Source: Psilocybe cubensis (Eukaryota). Taken from it: a stretch of DNA of 64,000 nt. The position numbers and the translations under genes are program-made. Shown one piece after another: positions 51,316 through 64,000 of the stretch. The DNA is taken from positions 1,488,001 through 1,552,000 of the forward strand of contig CM038999.1 of the NCBI GenBank assembly GCA_017499595.2, read 5' to 3'. The stretch's first letter is position 1, and each line of letters starts with the position of its first letter. The notes under the pieces were generated by a model. It was not told the origin of the DNA. It made no database searches and worked only from the letters and a program-made list of their open reading frames with translations.

Positions 51316-51802
51316 GGCCTGAGTTCAAAGTTCAAGTCTAAGACCTCCGATGTTGTACCGGTACTTATAAGGCAATTAGAGTCAAAAGCGCGGACCTGGT
51401 ACTGTAAATATCTCGTATGCATGAACATTAACTTACATAGATTCTCTTTCAACATGAGCAAATGTTCTATCTTTCGGTGTGAGCCCAAAGCTGCCTTCTG
51501 TCAACATTGCCAGTTCATCCTTGTAAAATCAGCCTGAAAACCAGATTGCCGCAGGCCTGGATGCAGACTACAGTGAATGAATGCCAAGATGCCTACCATA
51601 AGTACATTCAAAGGCGAAGAAAAATATACTCTACAATGATAAAGAAATATGAAAAATACATCAAAGTCTTATAAGTACGTCACAGAGCAGAACTACTACC
51701 AATGTCAGCCATTGGGTAGTGGTAGCATTGATCACCGGGAAATAAGGGTGGCCAATATTACTTTGGTAACTGCATGAGCTATCGCCAACATTTGTCACGG
51801 TT

Positions 51803-54800
51803 CTATGACCCCGGCGGCACAGGCGGAAGAGATTTATCGCCGGGCGATATGCCATCATGAGTAAACTCATCGTTTCTTCTGGTACGGTGTCTTTGTTGGT
51901 ATGTCGAAGGTTGGACGTCGTGACTTGGGACATCGGATGGTTGATAAGATAGGGCAGGTGACAAGTTCATAGCTTGTATATCGTACATTCTATTTGTCGA
52001 TTCATGGTGATCACCACTCAGCATCCCAATTGGTCTCACAGTTAGACCAGGGTCGTACAATCGAACCCCCCTCGAAGAGGTTTCATTTCCGTGTCTGGAT
52101 GATGGTTGCCGCAATTCTAAAGCACTACGAGAACCCGAGGGCACCGCACCGTGATCATAGTCGTAGTAAGCGTTGTCTTCATCATGTTTGTATTGTTCAG
52201 GGTCGTATTCAAGGGAATACTCAAAAATATAAATCAATTCCGGCATATTCAAATTTTTAGATGATGGAAAGCATACTTTAGGAACAACATTGAAGACTAC
52301 TCCATCTACTATCGGATCGTTATTAACACCTTTGATCTTGACGTTCTGGGATTTCTTGCTGACTCCTCGGGTTAAGATTTTTTCGTTTTCGTTGCCTTTG
52401 CCTTCGTAATGTCGGCGTAGAATTGGTAACGCATGTGAATGAATCATTGGTGTAAAAAGTACGGCTTTTAGAGCTGGATGGCAGTATCGATCTTCAAGAT
52501 TATAACTAGTGCTAGACTGCTGGGAACGAGCGACGGCTCTTGAGAATTCTTGATGTTCTGGTAAGTGATACTGGAAGTTGTTGGCAAACTTCCTATTCAG
52601 GTAGAATTTGAACAGAAGGAGAATTACGAGAGGGGGGATTGACGCGACGAGTTGCAAAGATTTGAATTGATTTTGGAGACCAATGGCTGTAAATTGATCG
52701 GTTGACTAATTAAGCTAATTCACGAAGTGTAATAACTTACTGAGAATTATCATAAACTGCATGAACATTGCGGAAAATATAAGCCGATTTGCAACTACAT
52801 TCCACATCCGCTTATGAAAGGGGAAAGAGTCAATGTGTAAAGTACCTAAGAGAAATATCACTCACACCACCACTCTCCACTTTCGTGACATAGGTATACA
52901 TTAATTGGTATTTGTAAACCCAGGAGCACAACCAAAAGACAATAGCTGCAGCTAATGTCACCAAAGGTGCCAGTGGCGCAAACAGCAGACCCACAGTAGC
53001 CATAAAAAGCTTCAAGTCACCATTAGTGAAACATCGCCGCGAACGTCGGTAAAATTATTTACCAGGCTAGAGCTTAAACGGAATCCAGCGTCAATACATC
53101 AGACAGGAATCAAGTACATATTCCATACTATTGAATTGCGTAGTCAAACACGGGGGGTTTGGTGTGCTCTCGAATCTCTCTAGGAGTGCGTCCGTGGATT
53201 CTGACGGCAACATGAGTCGGAGATGTATAGTGCCAGTGTTTACCAACCTAGCTCTGACGGAAAGCCATATTAAGTTGAATAGCTGAGACAAGTTGAGAAT
53301 GGCGAAAAATCCTTGCAAACTGATAATTATCAGCGCTTTTGAAAAGCCAAGCAAAGTATATACACACGGAAACCATTTGAGCCAAAAGGACGATTGATCC
53401 ACGTAGGTCCGTGTTACTCTCGCTGGTAGTTCTTTCCGTGCACAAGTTCTTTTGTTATTCTGTTGAATTATCAATAAGAACACAACGTACTGTCAAGGTT
53501 TTCAATAATGGTTTTGAAATTAGCGCCTTGTCTCTGTACAGCTTCCACAATTTCCAGTGCGGAGTCTGCCATCGTGTTTTGAGAAAATTAGCAAGGATCA
53601 TTGAAAGATACAAAAGTGAGTTCAAACTCACGGAAAATCACCCCAAGAATGGTAAAAATAATCAATTGGCTGACAATTAGGAATGCAAAGTATCTTGCAA
53701 TAACAATTCTAGCGAGGTTTGTATGAGTAGGTGCACCCATGTATTTCGACAACCAACGCATGAGCCGTGGTAAAAAATAATTGAAAAAAGCTGCAATGAT
53801 AGGCGGGGCAAGTCCAGAGACCAATGCGTAGGAGATGGGAGAACTGTGTGACCAGGTCCGAAGGAAAGGTATATAACCCGAAGCAGCAAGCTGGCGAGAA
53901 TGGATTAGGTTAGTCAATATTCAAGACACTAATCGGCCAAAAAAGGTCCTGTATACACTCACAGCGTCAAGATTTGCTAGAGAAGCGATTGGAAATAGGG
54001 GGAAAAGGCTCAAGGCACTGAAAAACATCATCAACAGGAAGCCTGTGGTTCGTCTAAACTGTTTGCTTGGTTTTGAAAGACCTATATTGCTCCAGATCTC
54101 AAGGATATGTAAGAAAAAGAAAGCGGATAATCCAAACTACTTTGTAACATACGATGTCTCTGGGGTTGGGAGCGAGTTTGAATGTTAAACCCTTAGGGTG
54201 TTCTCCTTTTAGTTCTCGAGCAGCAGCATGAGCCAGAGGAATGGTGGCTATTGTGGCGAACCCATAATTCTCTGTGCGTTTTGGATCAAGCTGTGCGCGG
54301 TACTGTTGGACCGCACCTTCCGCACGGCGTACCTTCGACCTTCGTAATTGAAAGCAAGTCAGAAGGTGAAAAATGAACAAGGATGGTGTAATTATGTGCT
54401 TACGTATAGTATTTGATAGCATCCACGCGAGTCCCTCCAAGACCGCAAAATCCTCCAATGATGATGGTTGGTCTGTGACTGGACGGTTTTCCTCCATTGG
54501 TATACTTTGCAACGACTTCTTCCAACTGAATTACCGCTTCGTCATGCTGTTCTATTAAACGTGGAAGCTCCCCGACATGTTTGCCTATGCGAGTTGAGGT
54601 AACAGGGTATGGCAGCTGCATTGACTGAAAAATCTTAAATAGAGCTGCATCGGATTGACGTCGCGGTGGAATATTTGTGATACAAAGTGTCCGGGCGTGA
54701 GACATGCGTTGGTATTCAGCTGACCGGAGCCAATGTTTCCGTAAACTGTATATTCCCTTCCAGTGGTGATGTATAAAAAGGATAAGAAGGCAAGTGAAAA

Positions 54801-55417
54801 TATAAGTTGCACCAATGTGCGCGTAAAGACGAACACCTTGAACGTCTCGGATGGACATAGCGCTGAGGAGGTCATACTGGGGTGGTCTGACAGATAGTGA
54901 GTACAAGAAATCAAGAGGAATGAGAGCCCCACATCCTATCACAGAGATAAGAGTGAAGAGCCATCTCAAAAGATGAAGAAATCGAAGGAAGACAACAGCA
55001 TCGAGGCCGATAGTAGGGAAGAGTTCGGCTTCGTGATTGTGCAATAATGGTGGGATCCAGCCGCAGAATGAGTCTGAGATGCGTGGAGGTTTTTTATGAC
55101 TTGAGTGATATTTGACCTTGGGTTCATAAACAGCCTTAGGGTTTCCGAGCATAAATGAAAGATGACAGGAAGGTAGGTGTACGATGACTTCTAATACCTT
55201 GTGACTGGGTCGTAAAAAATTGAACATTACTATCGTGAAAATCTTTGCCATATGATTCTTAGCAGAATATAGCGCATACATAAAGATATTAACGTACTGA
55301 CAAGACTGTCATCACAAGGACTTGTATCAAAACAGCCCTCGGTGCGAGGCTTTGGCTGATGTTGAACAACTGTTGCACTCCATTAGCGTCAATTCTGGAG
55401 ATTAAAAGGAGAATCAT
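51803..55417 (-). CDS. OSCA/TMEM63 (DUF221, Rsn1-like) calcium-permeable mechanosensitive channel
   Basis: FNFLRPSHK/VYEPKVKY, IGLDAVVFLRF, ARTLCITNIP, VDAIKYYT, NYGFAT, LAPNPRDI/IWSNI, LLFAPLAPLV and VYKYQLMYTYVTKVESGG. Confidence 0.92.
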
Positions 55418-55680
55418 GATTTGCAAGGGGCTAATTGAGCAGCCCTCCCATTCTTAAGGCACCAGGGGAGCAGGAGAGGAAAGGATTTATTCAACAGTGG
55501 TCTCTATGATATGTGGTTGAAACTGAACACGGTGCGTGAAATCCCTGACTACCCTTATTTGGCAAGGCAATCACTCACGATCATGTGATCAAAAAATATA
55601 CACAACCGCTTTTGACTTGTTACGAACTACTTCCACCTTGAAAACTACTTGACAGAAGAATAGAAGAAACCGTTCACCTT

Positions 55681-56740
55681 TTACCAATACGGGAGCTTGG
55701 TTCCATCTACATGCATAAATTCTCCGCCATTTCTCTCCCTGGTGGAGCCATCTATGATTTTGACTAGTGATTCAACGACATTGCCTGCAGATAGCTGAGG
55801 CATGCTTTCTATCATGCGCTGAAAATTTCCCGTTTTGTCGGCTTCAACAATGTTGTCGACTTTGCCAAATTAGAATTTGAAGAAAAAAAAGTTGAATTCT
55901 CAACTTACCCATATCTGTGCCCACCGCGCCGGGAGATAAAGGGAATGCCACTGGTCTCAAGATGGTGAGATAGCTATACAATACGAATCCTTGGTTTGTG
56001 CTCACCTAACCACTCATTCTCAAAATGAATCTTACGTGTTGCCCAATGAAGTGCTGCTTTGCTAGTTCCATAGCACACACTTCCAACGGGACTTTCGATA
56101 AATCCTCCACTGATACAACCTCCGCTACTACCAAGGGAAACAAATCGTGGATTTAAACTTTTTCTAAGGAGCGAATAAGCAGCCTGAAAGAGGGCAATAG
56201 GACCCATCGCATTGACCTTTTTATACAGTGGTGAGTGGGTTGGAGCGGTCAATCATAGGAGCAGGCATAACATACCAGAAAGTGATTTTCCATATCACTG
56301 AGGGTTACTTCGTTGACTTTTCCAAAGGCATTGGCAACACCTGTGAAATGCACAACCAATCAGATTCATATTCGAAAGCAGCTCTTAAAACACACCGTCT
56401 TACCCATGCAAGCTATTACAGTGTCCACCCGACCATGACGTTTGTCGATTTCTTTCATTGCCTCATGGTTCCCTGCGACATCCCCGGCAACGCATTTAAT
56501 AATCGCGAGTCGATTTGGGTACTTTGACTTCAACTCTTGCAAAGCGATTGCTTGGTCAGGATCTCGCGCTCCGGCATAGACAAAGGCTTCCTTGTTGGAT
56601 GCGAGTATGTATGAAGTCATGCCATAACCTACAGGTATCGTTTAGTGAAGATTAATTTGAGGCAAGAAAAATTGTTTACCTATACCACGAGGGCGATTTG
56701 CGCCAGCTATGATATAAATTACAGAGTCACCAGAGGCCAT
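55681..56740 (-). CDS. Short-chain dehydrogenase/reductase (CsgA/sniffer-like)
   Basis: IIAGANRPRGI/G (Rossmann motif with a small insert), VYAGARDP, VNAMGPIALFQA, catalytic YGTSK, LSPGAVGTDM and GEFMHVDGTKLPYW. Confidence 0.9.
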
Positions 56741-57300
56741 GATTGTTTGGGATAGTCTGGATGAAGCTTTTCCTACCCCACTTATAAAGGGGCAGCCAAT
56801 TCCAATTACTTAACTTTATGTTAAGTAAGACCAAACTTACATGTTAAAGACTGTGAGGGTTCCCATTATGATTAGCAATTCCCTTTATTAATCACATCCT
56901 TCCCGACGTTGATATAAAACACTTTCTATTACAGGAAATAAACTAGGATATGTTACGTGAGAAGTATTACTCAAGAACGGGAACAGAGGGCAATCGTTTC
57001 TGTACTAGCTAACCAATCTTGCAGTTGCGAGCGGCCAACATCTAGTTCTCGTCTATTACGGACATCGAAAGAATTTCTGCTTCTCCAAGTAGAACTGTCT
57101 AAATATTTAATTCAATCTTGTTATATGTGCCATATGTTGCTAAGTAGTAATAGTATTTCAGTCACGGTACGTGTACCTGCAACAACTTCACAGGGCACTA
57201 GTACTAGTAACAACAGTTGAAGAGTCTTAATCTGCCACGGTTTTAGAAACAGGTGTGATAGTATATTCACCAGGGAAAGGGCTTCTAGCCACATAGGGTG

Positions 57301-57345
57301 ACCTATCAGTGCAATCGTGGATGATCCACGATTGCACTGATAGGT
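57301..57345. repeat. Perfect palindrome, 22-bp arms with a 1-nt spacer
   Basis: ACCTATCAGTGCAATCGTGGAT-G-ATCCACGATTGCACTGATAGGT. Confidence 0.97.
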
Positions 57346-58185
57346 ACCTGCCTTAAGGATAACGCTTATTCGCTACGGAAATGGCTTGGGAAGTGTTCAA
57401 ATTTCGCAATCACAACACATCGGCGGCATTCTTGTATGCTGGAAGTGTGAATGACGCATAGGAAAGACAACCGACGAAAACAAGCTACGTTAAAGTTGGT
57501 TACTCCCTTGTAAGTTGTGCTCCTTGGCAAGAAACGGTACGAAAGTTGCACAATTCCCTACTTACCCTTGCAACCTACGTTTTGCACAACTGGTAGTTCT
57601 GGTGACAGGGTCACCCAGGGTCACCTGTTTCAAAATCTCAAGCACACCCCGGGTCCCGGCACAATTGATTCATGATCGCGGACATCCAACTTGACGGGAT
57701 GATCGGGGGGCCATGGCAGAAATCGCAAAACACAAAACGACCACCATGCAGAAATGCCATTCTTTTGTTCGATTCATTCTCAACTGCAGGACTAGCACAG
57801 ACTCTCCCCAGATGCAAGTCTTCGTTCCGAACATTTCTCCAAATCCGGTGACTCTTGACATCTGTGGAATATCTGTGCTCATCACGCTGTAACCATTACG
57901 TCTACTTATGTTCACGTACACCCGTAGCATCAAAAATCTGTCGACACAACGAAAGATGTCATTATAATGATCTTGGCTACTTAATGAACAAGGCAGTGAT
58001 ATGTGCCATATATACTCTTGTGGACATGTCACTCAGCGTTTGCTTGTACGTTGACTGACTGTCATGGCTTGCTGAGCAGGTTTTTCTGGGTTTCTGTTTG
58101 AACGCGTTTCCTCTCCTTTCGTTCATATCTCCTCTTTCCTTTCGTTCTTTCTTCCGCCCTTTGCAAGGGACATTTTCAGGCCTTG

Positions 58186-60168
58186 ATGGCTTCCTTCAAT
58201 ATGACAGGTGTGTTGGTTCCATCATTTTGAGATCATGGAAGTTGGTTGACTGTTTTTCGTAGTTGAGGACAGCTCTCCTCTTATCACTTATTTACCGGCA
58301 GGTTCCTGGACTGATACACCCTCTAACGACCCACTTGCATCTGTGAGCCTTCCACGCAACCTGTTGATCCATCTTTAATTCTTTACCGATTTTCAGTCTT
58401 ATTCAGGCGGCTCGTACCATACTTCGGCGGTGCAGGGAGCAACAGCTACGATAACGTTCACTGGTTTGTCCTTTACCTGCTGTAGATCCATTATAACTGA
58501 ATACACAATACAAGGGACTGGACTATCGATATTTGGAGGTCGCAGGTCGAACTATGGTACCTACAGCCTTAGCGTAGATGGGCAAACCGTTTCAAATGGC
58601 AATGCACAATCAAATGACCCCTCCACTCAACAATTACTTGGAACCGTATCTCGCCTTCCTTATGGACAACACACCGCAGTCTTGACGAATACCGGTAGTA
58701 ACCCAATTGACATTGACTGGGTCGACTTTGAAGCCCAAATTGGAACATCTGGGTAATTTGATTGGGATTGAAATCGCTTTAGCCCAGCTCTAATAATATG
58801 TACAGCACCGTCATTAAGAAGACATTTGATGATAACGACTCAGCAATTCAATATTTACCTTCACCTTCAGATTGGCAGACGAATCAGAATTCGGCCTTCG
58901 CTGATGGCACACTTCAGTATGCTTTGAATTTTTTTGTCAATGTTGTCATGCTGAAGTGCTAATTCTTTTCAGCTTTTCAAGTACTGCTGGGGCTTCGGCC
59001 TCCATTACCTTCTCAGGGGATGCTGTCGCCGTCTATGGTACAGTTTCCCCCGACCATGCCAACATTCGAATGACTCTGGACGGACAATCACAACTTATGC
59101 CAGGAGGTTCAGGTGGCATGGCATCTGTGGTCCATCCTCAAGTAAGTCGCATTGTTTGCCACACAGAGATCGAGTCATGCTGATGCAAAATAGGTTCTAC
59201 TGGTATGTCGATCTACATGGAATGCACTACCTCTTTACTAAGAATATATAGTGGTACAAAAGCGACCTAGGTCCTGGACAACACACTCTGGTGCTTTCCG
59301 GTGATGTTCAAAGTAACACTGGTCCATTTATTGACCTTGATTCCATCAACGTGTTTGACACCACCTCTTCTGCGACGACCCCAAGTGTCACAACTACCGA
59401 GAGTTCTGTGTTAGTTTCTCAATTATTTTGTGTGTATTTCGTATCTGATTTTGACGTACAGTGGGCCCAATTCAAGTGCTACCGCCGTGGCGGCGGCCCT
59501 TCCAAGTTCTTCGTGAGTATTGGTGCATGCCATCTAATCCGTTTCAGGATTTAATCTACTTTGCAATTGCAGAACGACTGCCCCGGCATCCGATTCGTCA
59601 AAGTCTGGCATGTCAACTGGGGCAACCGTTGGCATTGCCTTCGGAACGTTAATCGCCGTTATCTTTCTTGTTGGCCTCCTCGGATTTCTTCTGAAACGCA
59701 GGCGGAACAACGCGAAGACCATTGAGAAATCGATGATAGCTGTATCTCCAGTCTTACCAATGCAAAGGGATCCAAGAGCAATGGAGGCAGGTATGATGAA
59801 GTCGCTTGAAAATCCGGTGTTTCCTCTCCCTCCGCCTCGGGCGTCGTTGCGTCATTCGATTGCGCCGAGCTATTATAGTGATCCTCAATTCAGCGGTCAC
59901 TCAAGGGATGCGAGTATGAGGTCCGACAAATCCACGACGCCGTTAGTTCCGCCCATTCCTACGATTGTGGTGAGCGAACCACAACAACAGTCACGTTTCG
60001 CTTCCAGGAAACCTCCTCCCACTAATTCGGGTCTGGTGAGTATTTTCGAATTATTTGTCGCCCTTTCGAGATTTGAACGCAAAGCCACACGCTTAGAACG
60101 TCAACGGTAGTCCGGCTAGGCCGAACAAGCGACCACCTACATTGGACTTTGTGATCATGGAGAACTGA
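58186..60168 (+). CDS. Single-pass membrane protein with two beta-sandwich (galactose-binding-like) repeats, agaricomycete-type
   Basis: Two repeats: VEDSSPLITY...ATITFT/GTGLSIFG...YSLSVDG...HTAVLTN...IDIDWV and FDDNDSAIQY...ASITFSGDAVAVYG...HTLVLS...IDLDSI. Then a Ser/Thr linker, TM VGIAFGTLIAVIFLVGLLGFLL and KRRR. Confidence 0.8.
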
Positions 60169-60644
60169 GAGAGATGACTTTCGGTTATGTAGTACTTTGT
60201 TCAATACAAAACATGTTGAAATCAATAAACGTGATTGTAGAGATCGCGGGGCTCCCAAGAGGGATGATGTGGAGCGTCTGGGATCACATCAGTATCGCTG
60301 TGTCGTGGTGGTGGAAGACAACCATCTGAAGGGAATGTCAAAGGAATGATTGTCTGGTTATGGTAGGGAGATGAGTTGCAATGGAGACGATCATTGTCAG
60401 AATTCAAAGTCCGCTTGGAGGGCCAGAGAATAGTTATTACTGGTGCAGTGGCAGAAGCCGGCCTTTTTCATCCTTTCGTTCTTCTCCGTTCTGGGCTTGT
60501 CCTTGTCTTCTTCTTTCTCTGTCTTTTCTTTCAGCGAGCTGTGCTCGTTTTCTCTTCATTTTCTCTTGCTCAAACACTAGCTTCTGGAAGTCTACTATCT
60601 GTCCCGAGTTCAGCATCCACTATCTTTAACAGCAAGTAAGCAAA

Positions 60645-61267
60645 ATGGGCAACCTCATCTGGCACGAATACTCCCGCCTGGTGGCCGTTACCTCCAGCGT
60701 TTGTGAGTAAATCCGCATTCCCTTTATCCCCTGCCTCTAAGGTGTTCTCTAGATGCCGTATGGAGTGGATTCTTTGGTCTATTCTACCGTAAATTCTTCT
60801 GGGACTTTGTTGGCGGAACCTTGCGTGATCCTGGAGGTCTTCAGTGAGTGGCACAACTTCAATGGTAATCCGACCACATAGCTTAATGGCATTGCAGAGC
60901 CCCACCTAGTGCGGCGTTGTTCATCACCCTGATCATCAAAGTTCCTGTCATTCCGATCTTTGCGATGTTGTTGGGCATAATCATTCTTTGCATCGAATTG
61001 CCTCTCCCTGCGATAAAGTCGATGTCGCTCTATCGCAGTCTTGCGATCCGGCCTGTGTTGCTCTTATTCCAGTTTTTCTTATGTATACTCTATTATCAGG
61101 TATGCCATTCCATCTATTGTTCATCTCATTGTTGACAAAAATATCCCTAGGGCACCAACGCGGCCATATGGTCTTTAATAGCGGCCGGATGTTATACGAG
61201 AGCAATTATGTTGGGTGAAACGATGAAAGAAGCCAAAGAGAATCGCGGTAGAGGGGGCCAAGCTTAA
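60645..61267 (+). CDS. noxD: NoxD / Pro41 (fungal p22phox homolog), NADPH oxidase partner
   Basis: MGNLIWHEYSRLVAVT...KFFWDF...KVPVIPI...IELPLP...LYRSLAIR...LYYQ/GTNAAIWSLI...GE matches my recollection of the Pro41/NoxD pattern. Confidence 0.8.
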
Positions 61268-61802
61268 TGCTGAGGTGTTGGATTCATTTTAGGACGACGA
61301 GAATCTCTCGAGATAGAAGTGTGGGGAGAAAAAGAGTTTCCTATTTCTTTGGGCGGGCCCATTTTCTTTTATATGTTACCTACGGGCAATCTAACCACCG
61401 CTAACTCTGATTTTTCTGCGTTCTCATTACTGCGTGCACATTAGCTGTTAGTCTATCACTTATACCCGTTGTTGTACATATGTGTAGGATCACGAAACGG
61501 CATTGAAATAAATGGACTAGCCCTAGAGCGAAGGATATTTCTCCGTGTGTACGATAACTTGCCCCGTTGCTCAATGTAACAATTGCATTTGTCTAGAGCA
61601 ACGGGACTGGAAAACCCTCGTACGGACGTGCTGGGTCGCGAACTGGTCGGGACCCGAGTGTATCTTTCGTAGTTGTGGGAGAGAGATACCGTCCCGACTC
61701 GGGCTTGGCGCTATATTTTGTTACATCCCACAGCCTCGTACTAATCTAATCACACCATCACCAGCAACTTTACTTACGACATTATAACAACTGACGTCGA
61801 CC

Positions 61803-63135
61803 ATGCAGCATTATGATATACTGTCCAAATTACAGTCAAGCTTCGACAACGCGCTCAAGACGGGTGACCTCCTGTTCTTTCCATCGACTGTAGAAAGGCA
61901 TACCGAGGCGGATGTCGAGGTGATTGTGGTCTTCTTCGACTCTCAAGCGGACTTGTCGTGGCTTAGGAATCGTTAATCGTTGATTGTTATCGCAGTATCA
62001 AATCCGACTTTGCCCTGCGTTGCAGAACAAGCCTGCGCTCCCGACCCCCCACTTTGACCAGAAAGAGAAAGTCAAGTTTGATCCATTTGCACCGCCGTAC
62101 AATGCGAATCTGCTTGTTGGCGAGCTGACGGATGAAGAGTCGAAAGAAGAGTTCATTATCCTTGTAATCCGTTTTTTTTGGTTGTTCCCTCTATTCATTG
62201 AATCCATGTACTCACCATGTTCGTTTTTAGTTGAACAAATATGCTGTCATCCCCCGCCACTTTTTGCTAGTGACCAAAGGTCCAGTTTTTTGTCAATTAA
62301 CAAAATATCTCTCCTTGCTGACCTGACGGGTCATAATACAGAATTCAAATCTCAGTCGTCTCCACTGATGCCTCCCGAGCTCGTCCAATCGTACCTGCTT
62401 CTCGTCGCCGCCCAGAAGCAAGGGCACAAATTCTTTGGATTCTACAATTGCAAGTCTCCGATCGGCGAATGCTTGACGCTCCTTCCACTCAGATATCTAT
62501 CCATTCAGGTGGCGATAACAGCGGAGCCAGTCAGTCGCATAAACACATCCAATTCGTACCCTTAGACAGCGGCGAAGACGGACCCCCAATCGAACTACTC
62601 GCAAGACGCACCCGGCTTGAGCATCAAGGTATCTAAAACTTCTTTCTCCAACAAAACAAAAAACGCGCATATTATTCCGGCTGTGAATTTTCTAGACAGG
62701 CCGTTTTCGCTCACGCAACTGCCGTATGCAAGCCACACGTACCGGTTCCCAAGCCACCTACCTACATACGCGCCCGAGCACCTCGAATCGCTCCTCGCAG
62801 ACGCCTTCCTGCAGCTTCTCGACCTCACCATCTCGACCATCCGACACGACCCAGACTATCCCACCGGCAGCCCGTCCTACAACGTCATCCTCACTCTAGA
62901 GCACCTCCACCTCATCCCCCGCAAGCTGGAAAACTACGTCCTGGCAGAATCGGGCGACAAGCTGAGCGTCAATGCGCTTGGGTACGCTGGGATGCTGCTT
63001 GTGAAGAGCGCGGAGGAGTTTGAGGTTGTCAAGCGCGAAACGGTCGGCAAGATTTTGCGGGGCGTGGGCCTTGCGAGTGTGCATGAGCTCCAGGTGGAGG
63101 GTACAGCACAGGAAGCGCCGCTTGCTGGATTGTAG
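61803..63135 (+). CDS. APA2: Ap4A phosphorylase / ATP adenylyltransferase (HIT/GalT-like)
   Basis: CPALQNKP, FDPFAPP, LNKYAVIPRHFLLVT, FYNC/GDNSGASQSHKHIQF (HxHxQ), SYNVILT, LIPR and SVNALGYAGMLLVK. Confidence 0.93.
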
Positions 63136-63693
63136 GCTTACCAGTGACCTTTCGTTTTATCTTATCTGCTTTCGGAATGGGCGCTTTAGCTCAGGAGATA
63201 GGTTCATATACACACGGGAACCGTAGATTTTGATATCCTGAATGTCATAGATTATCACCGTGAATAGAAAGGATTGTGCAGTACATTACCCGATTGTGGA
63301 CGGATTCAAGAGGTTAGATGGAGAGATGTTGTTTGCTCAAGACTATGACGTTTTTGTCAGGTACCCCATACATGAAAAGCGCTCGAACGTTCCTTCAGAC
63401 AAGGGAAAAAAGGGAGCATCTTTCATTCATTCATAAAAATGTGTTAGGCATGGGGATAGAATATAAGCAATACAGTGAATCTTTCATTATTTATACAATC
63501 TATCAGGCAAAGGGATAGAATCCGACCATCCTTGTTAGTGGATGGTGTTTGAAAAGAAACTCGAAAATTTCGTCAAGGAACCATTAATCGTACATATCGA
63601 TACCCATCTCCATCTATGCGGTATGCGATCGCGTGCGTGTCGTGTTATAGGTACAGTGTGTGCGTGTTCATGCAGTTGATTTTAGGGGAGGTG

Positions 63694-64000
63694 TTACAGT
63701 CGAGCAGCCTTTGTAGAGGTTGAATTCGGATTTGAGGATAGAGAAGACGTGGAAGTGGAAGAAAGGGATGTGGGCGAGATGAGCGCGACGACGACTGAAA
63801 TGTCGTCGCTCTTCCCACCCCTAAACGACCGCCCCGCAAGTCGCGCGCGCCGTGCGAACGGGACTTCATCCTCCTCCTCTTCCTCCGACGCTTCATCCGA
63901 CTCCTGCTCACGCACCGCTCGGGTTCGTGCGCCCGCCTTCGCCGCATCAATCTCACACTCCCTCTCCTCAGGTATCACATCAACACCAAACCGCCCTCCC
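63694..64000 (-). CDS. PTC7: PP2C-family phosphatase, Ptc7 type (3' end only; gene continues beyond the window)
   Basis: VPFARRARLAGRSFRGGKSDDISVVVALI matches the Ptc7 C-terminal PF...GGKxDDIxVVV motif. Ends KAARL, stop at 63694-63696. Confidence 0.8.
   Translation of the reverse strand, partial: GGRFGVDVIPEERECEIDAAKAGARTRAVREQESDEASEEEEEDEVPFARRARLAGRSFRGGKSDDISVVVALISPTSLSSTSTSSLSSNPNSTSTKAARL

Noticed and set aside
431-63696. Stop-codon readthrough (TGA-CTA) producing cryptic PTS1 isoforms
   Set aside because: None of the stop codons I inspected has this context or a PTS1-ending extension.

Overview
Eukaryotic, intron-rich fungal DNA. The short ~50-nt GT-AG introns, the agaricomycete-type F-box and the palC, noxD and Gti1/Pac2 genes suggest a mushroom-forming basidiomycete (inference). 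I can support about 26 protein-coding genes. In order: VMA16 (3' end), F-box, unknown protein (possibly Nse5-like), Cue5, Rkm4-type SET methyltransferase, CRAL-TRIO protein, Ppg1 phosphatase, C2H2 TF, Cwc24, MetR/CYS-3-type bZIP, intracellular LysM protein, GLTP/HET-C2, fRMsr, CysRS, two tandem Gti1/Pac2 (WOPR) TFs, TFIIA large subunit, a small conserved protein, PalC, an OSCA/TMEM63 channel, an SDR, a single-pass beta-sandwich protein, NoxD/Pro41, Ap4A phosphorylase and Ptc7-type PP2C (3' end). There is also one intronless tRNA-Val(AAC). Non-genic structure includes a diverged 391-bp tandem duplication, a foldback/MITE-like relic, a perfect 45-bp palindrome, a candidate structured RNA with GNRA hairpins and a probable ubiquitin-like pseudogene. 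The best leads are a retainable 52-nt intron that may switch CysRS between mitochondrial and cytosolic forms, a loose sulfur-themed neighbourhood, the tandem WOPR pair with a shared C-terminal motif, and a PTS1 on a Ptc7-type phosphatase. I found no unambiguous novel multi-gene system. All family calls are from motif recognition by eye and exon boundaries were inferred manually; no searches were run.
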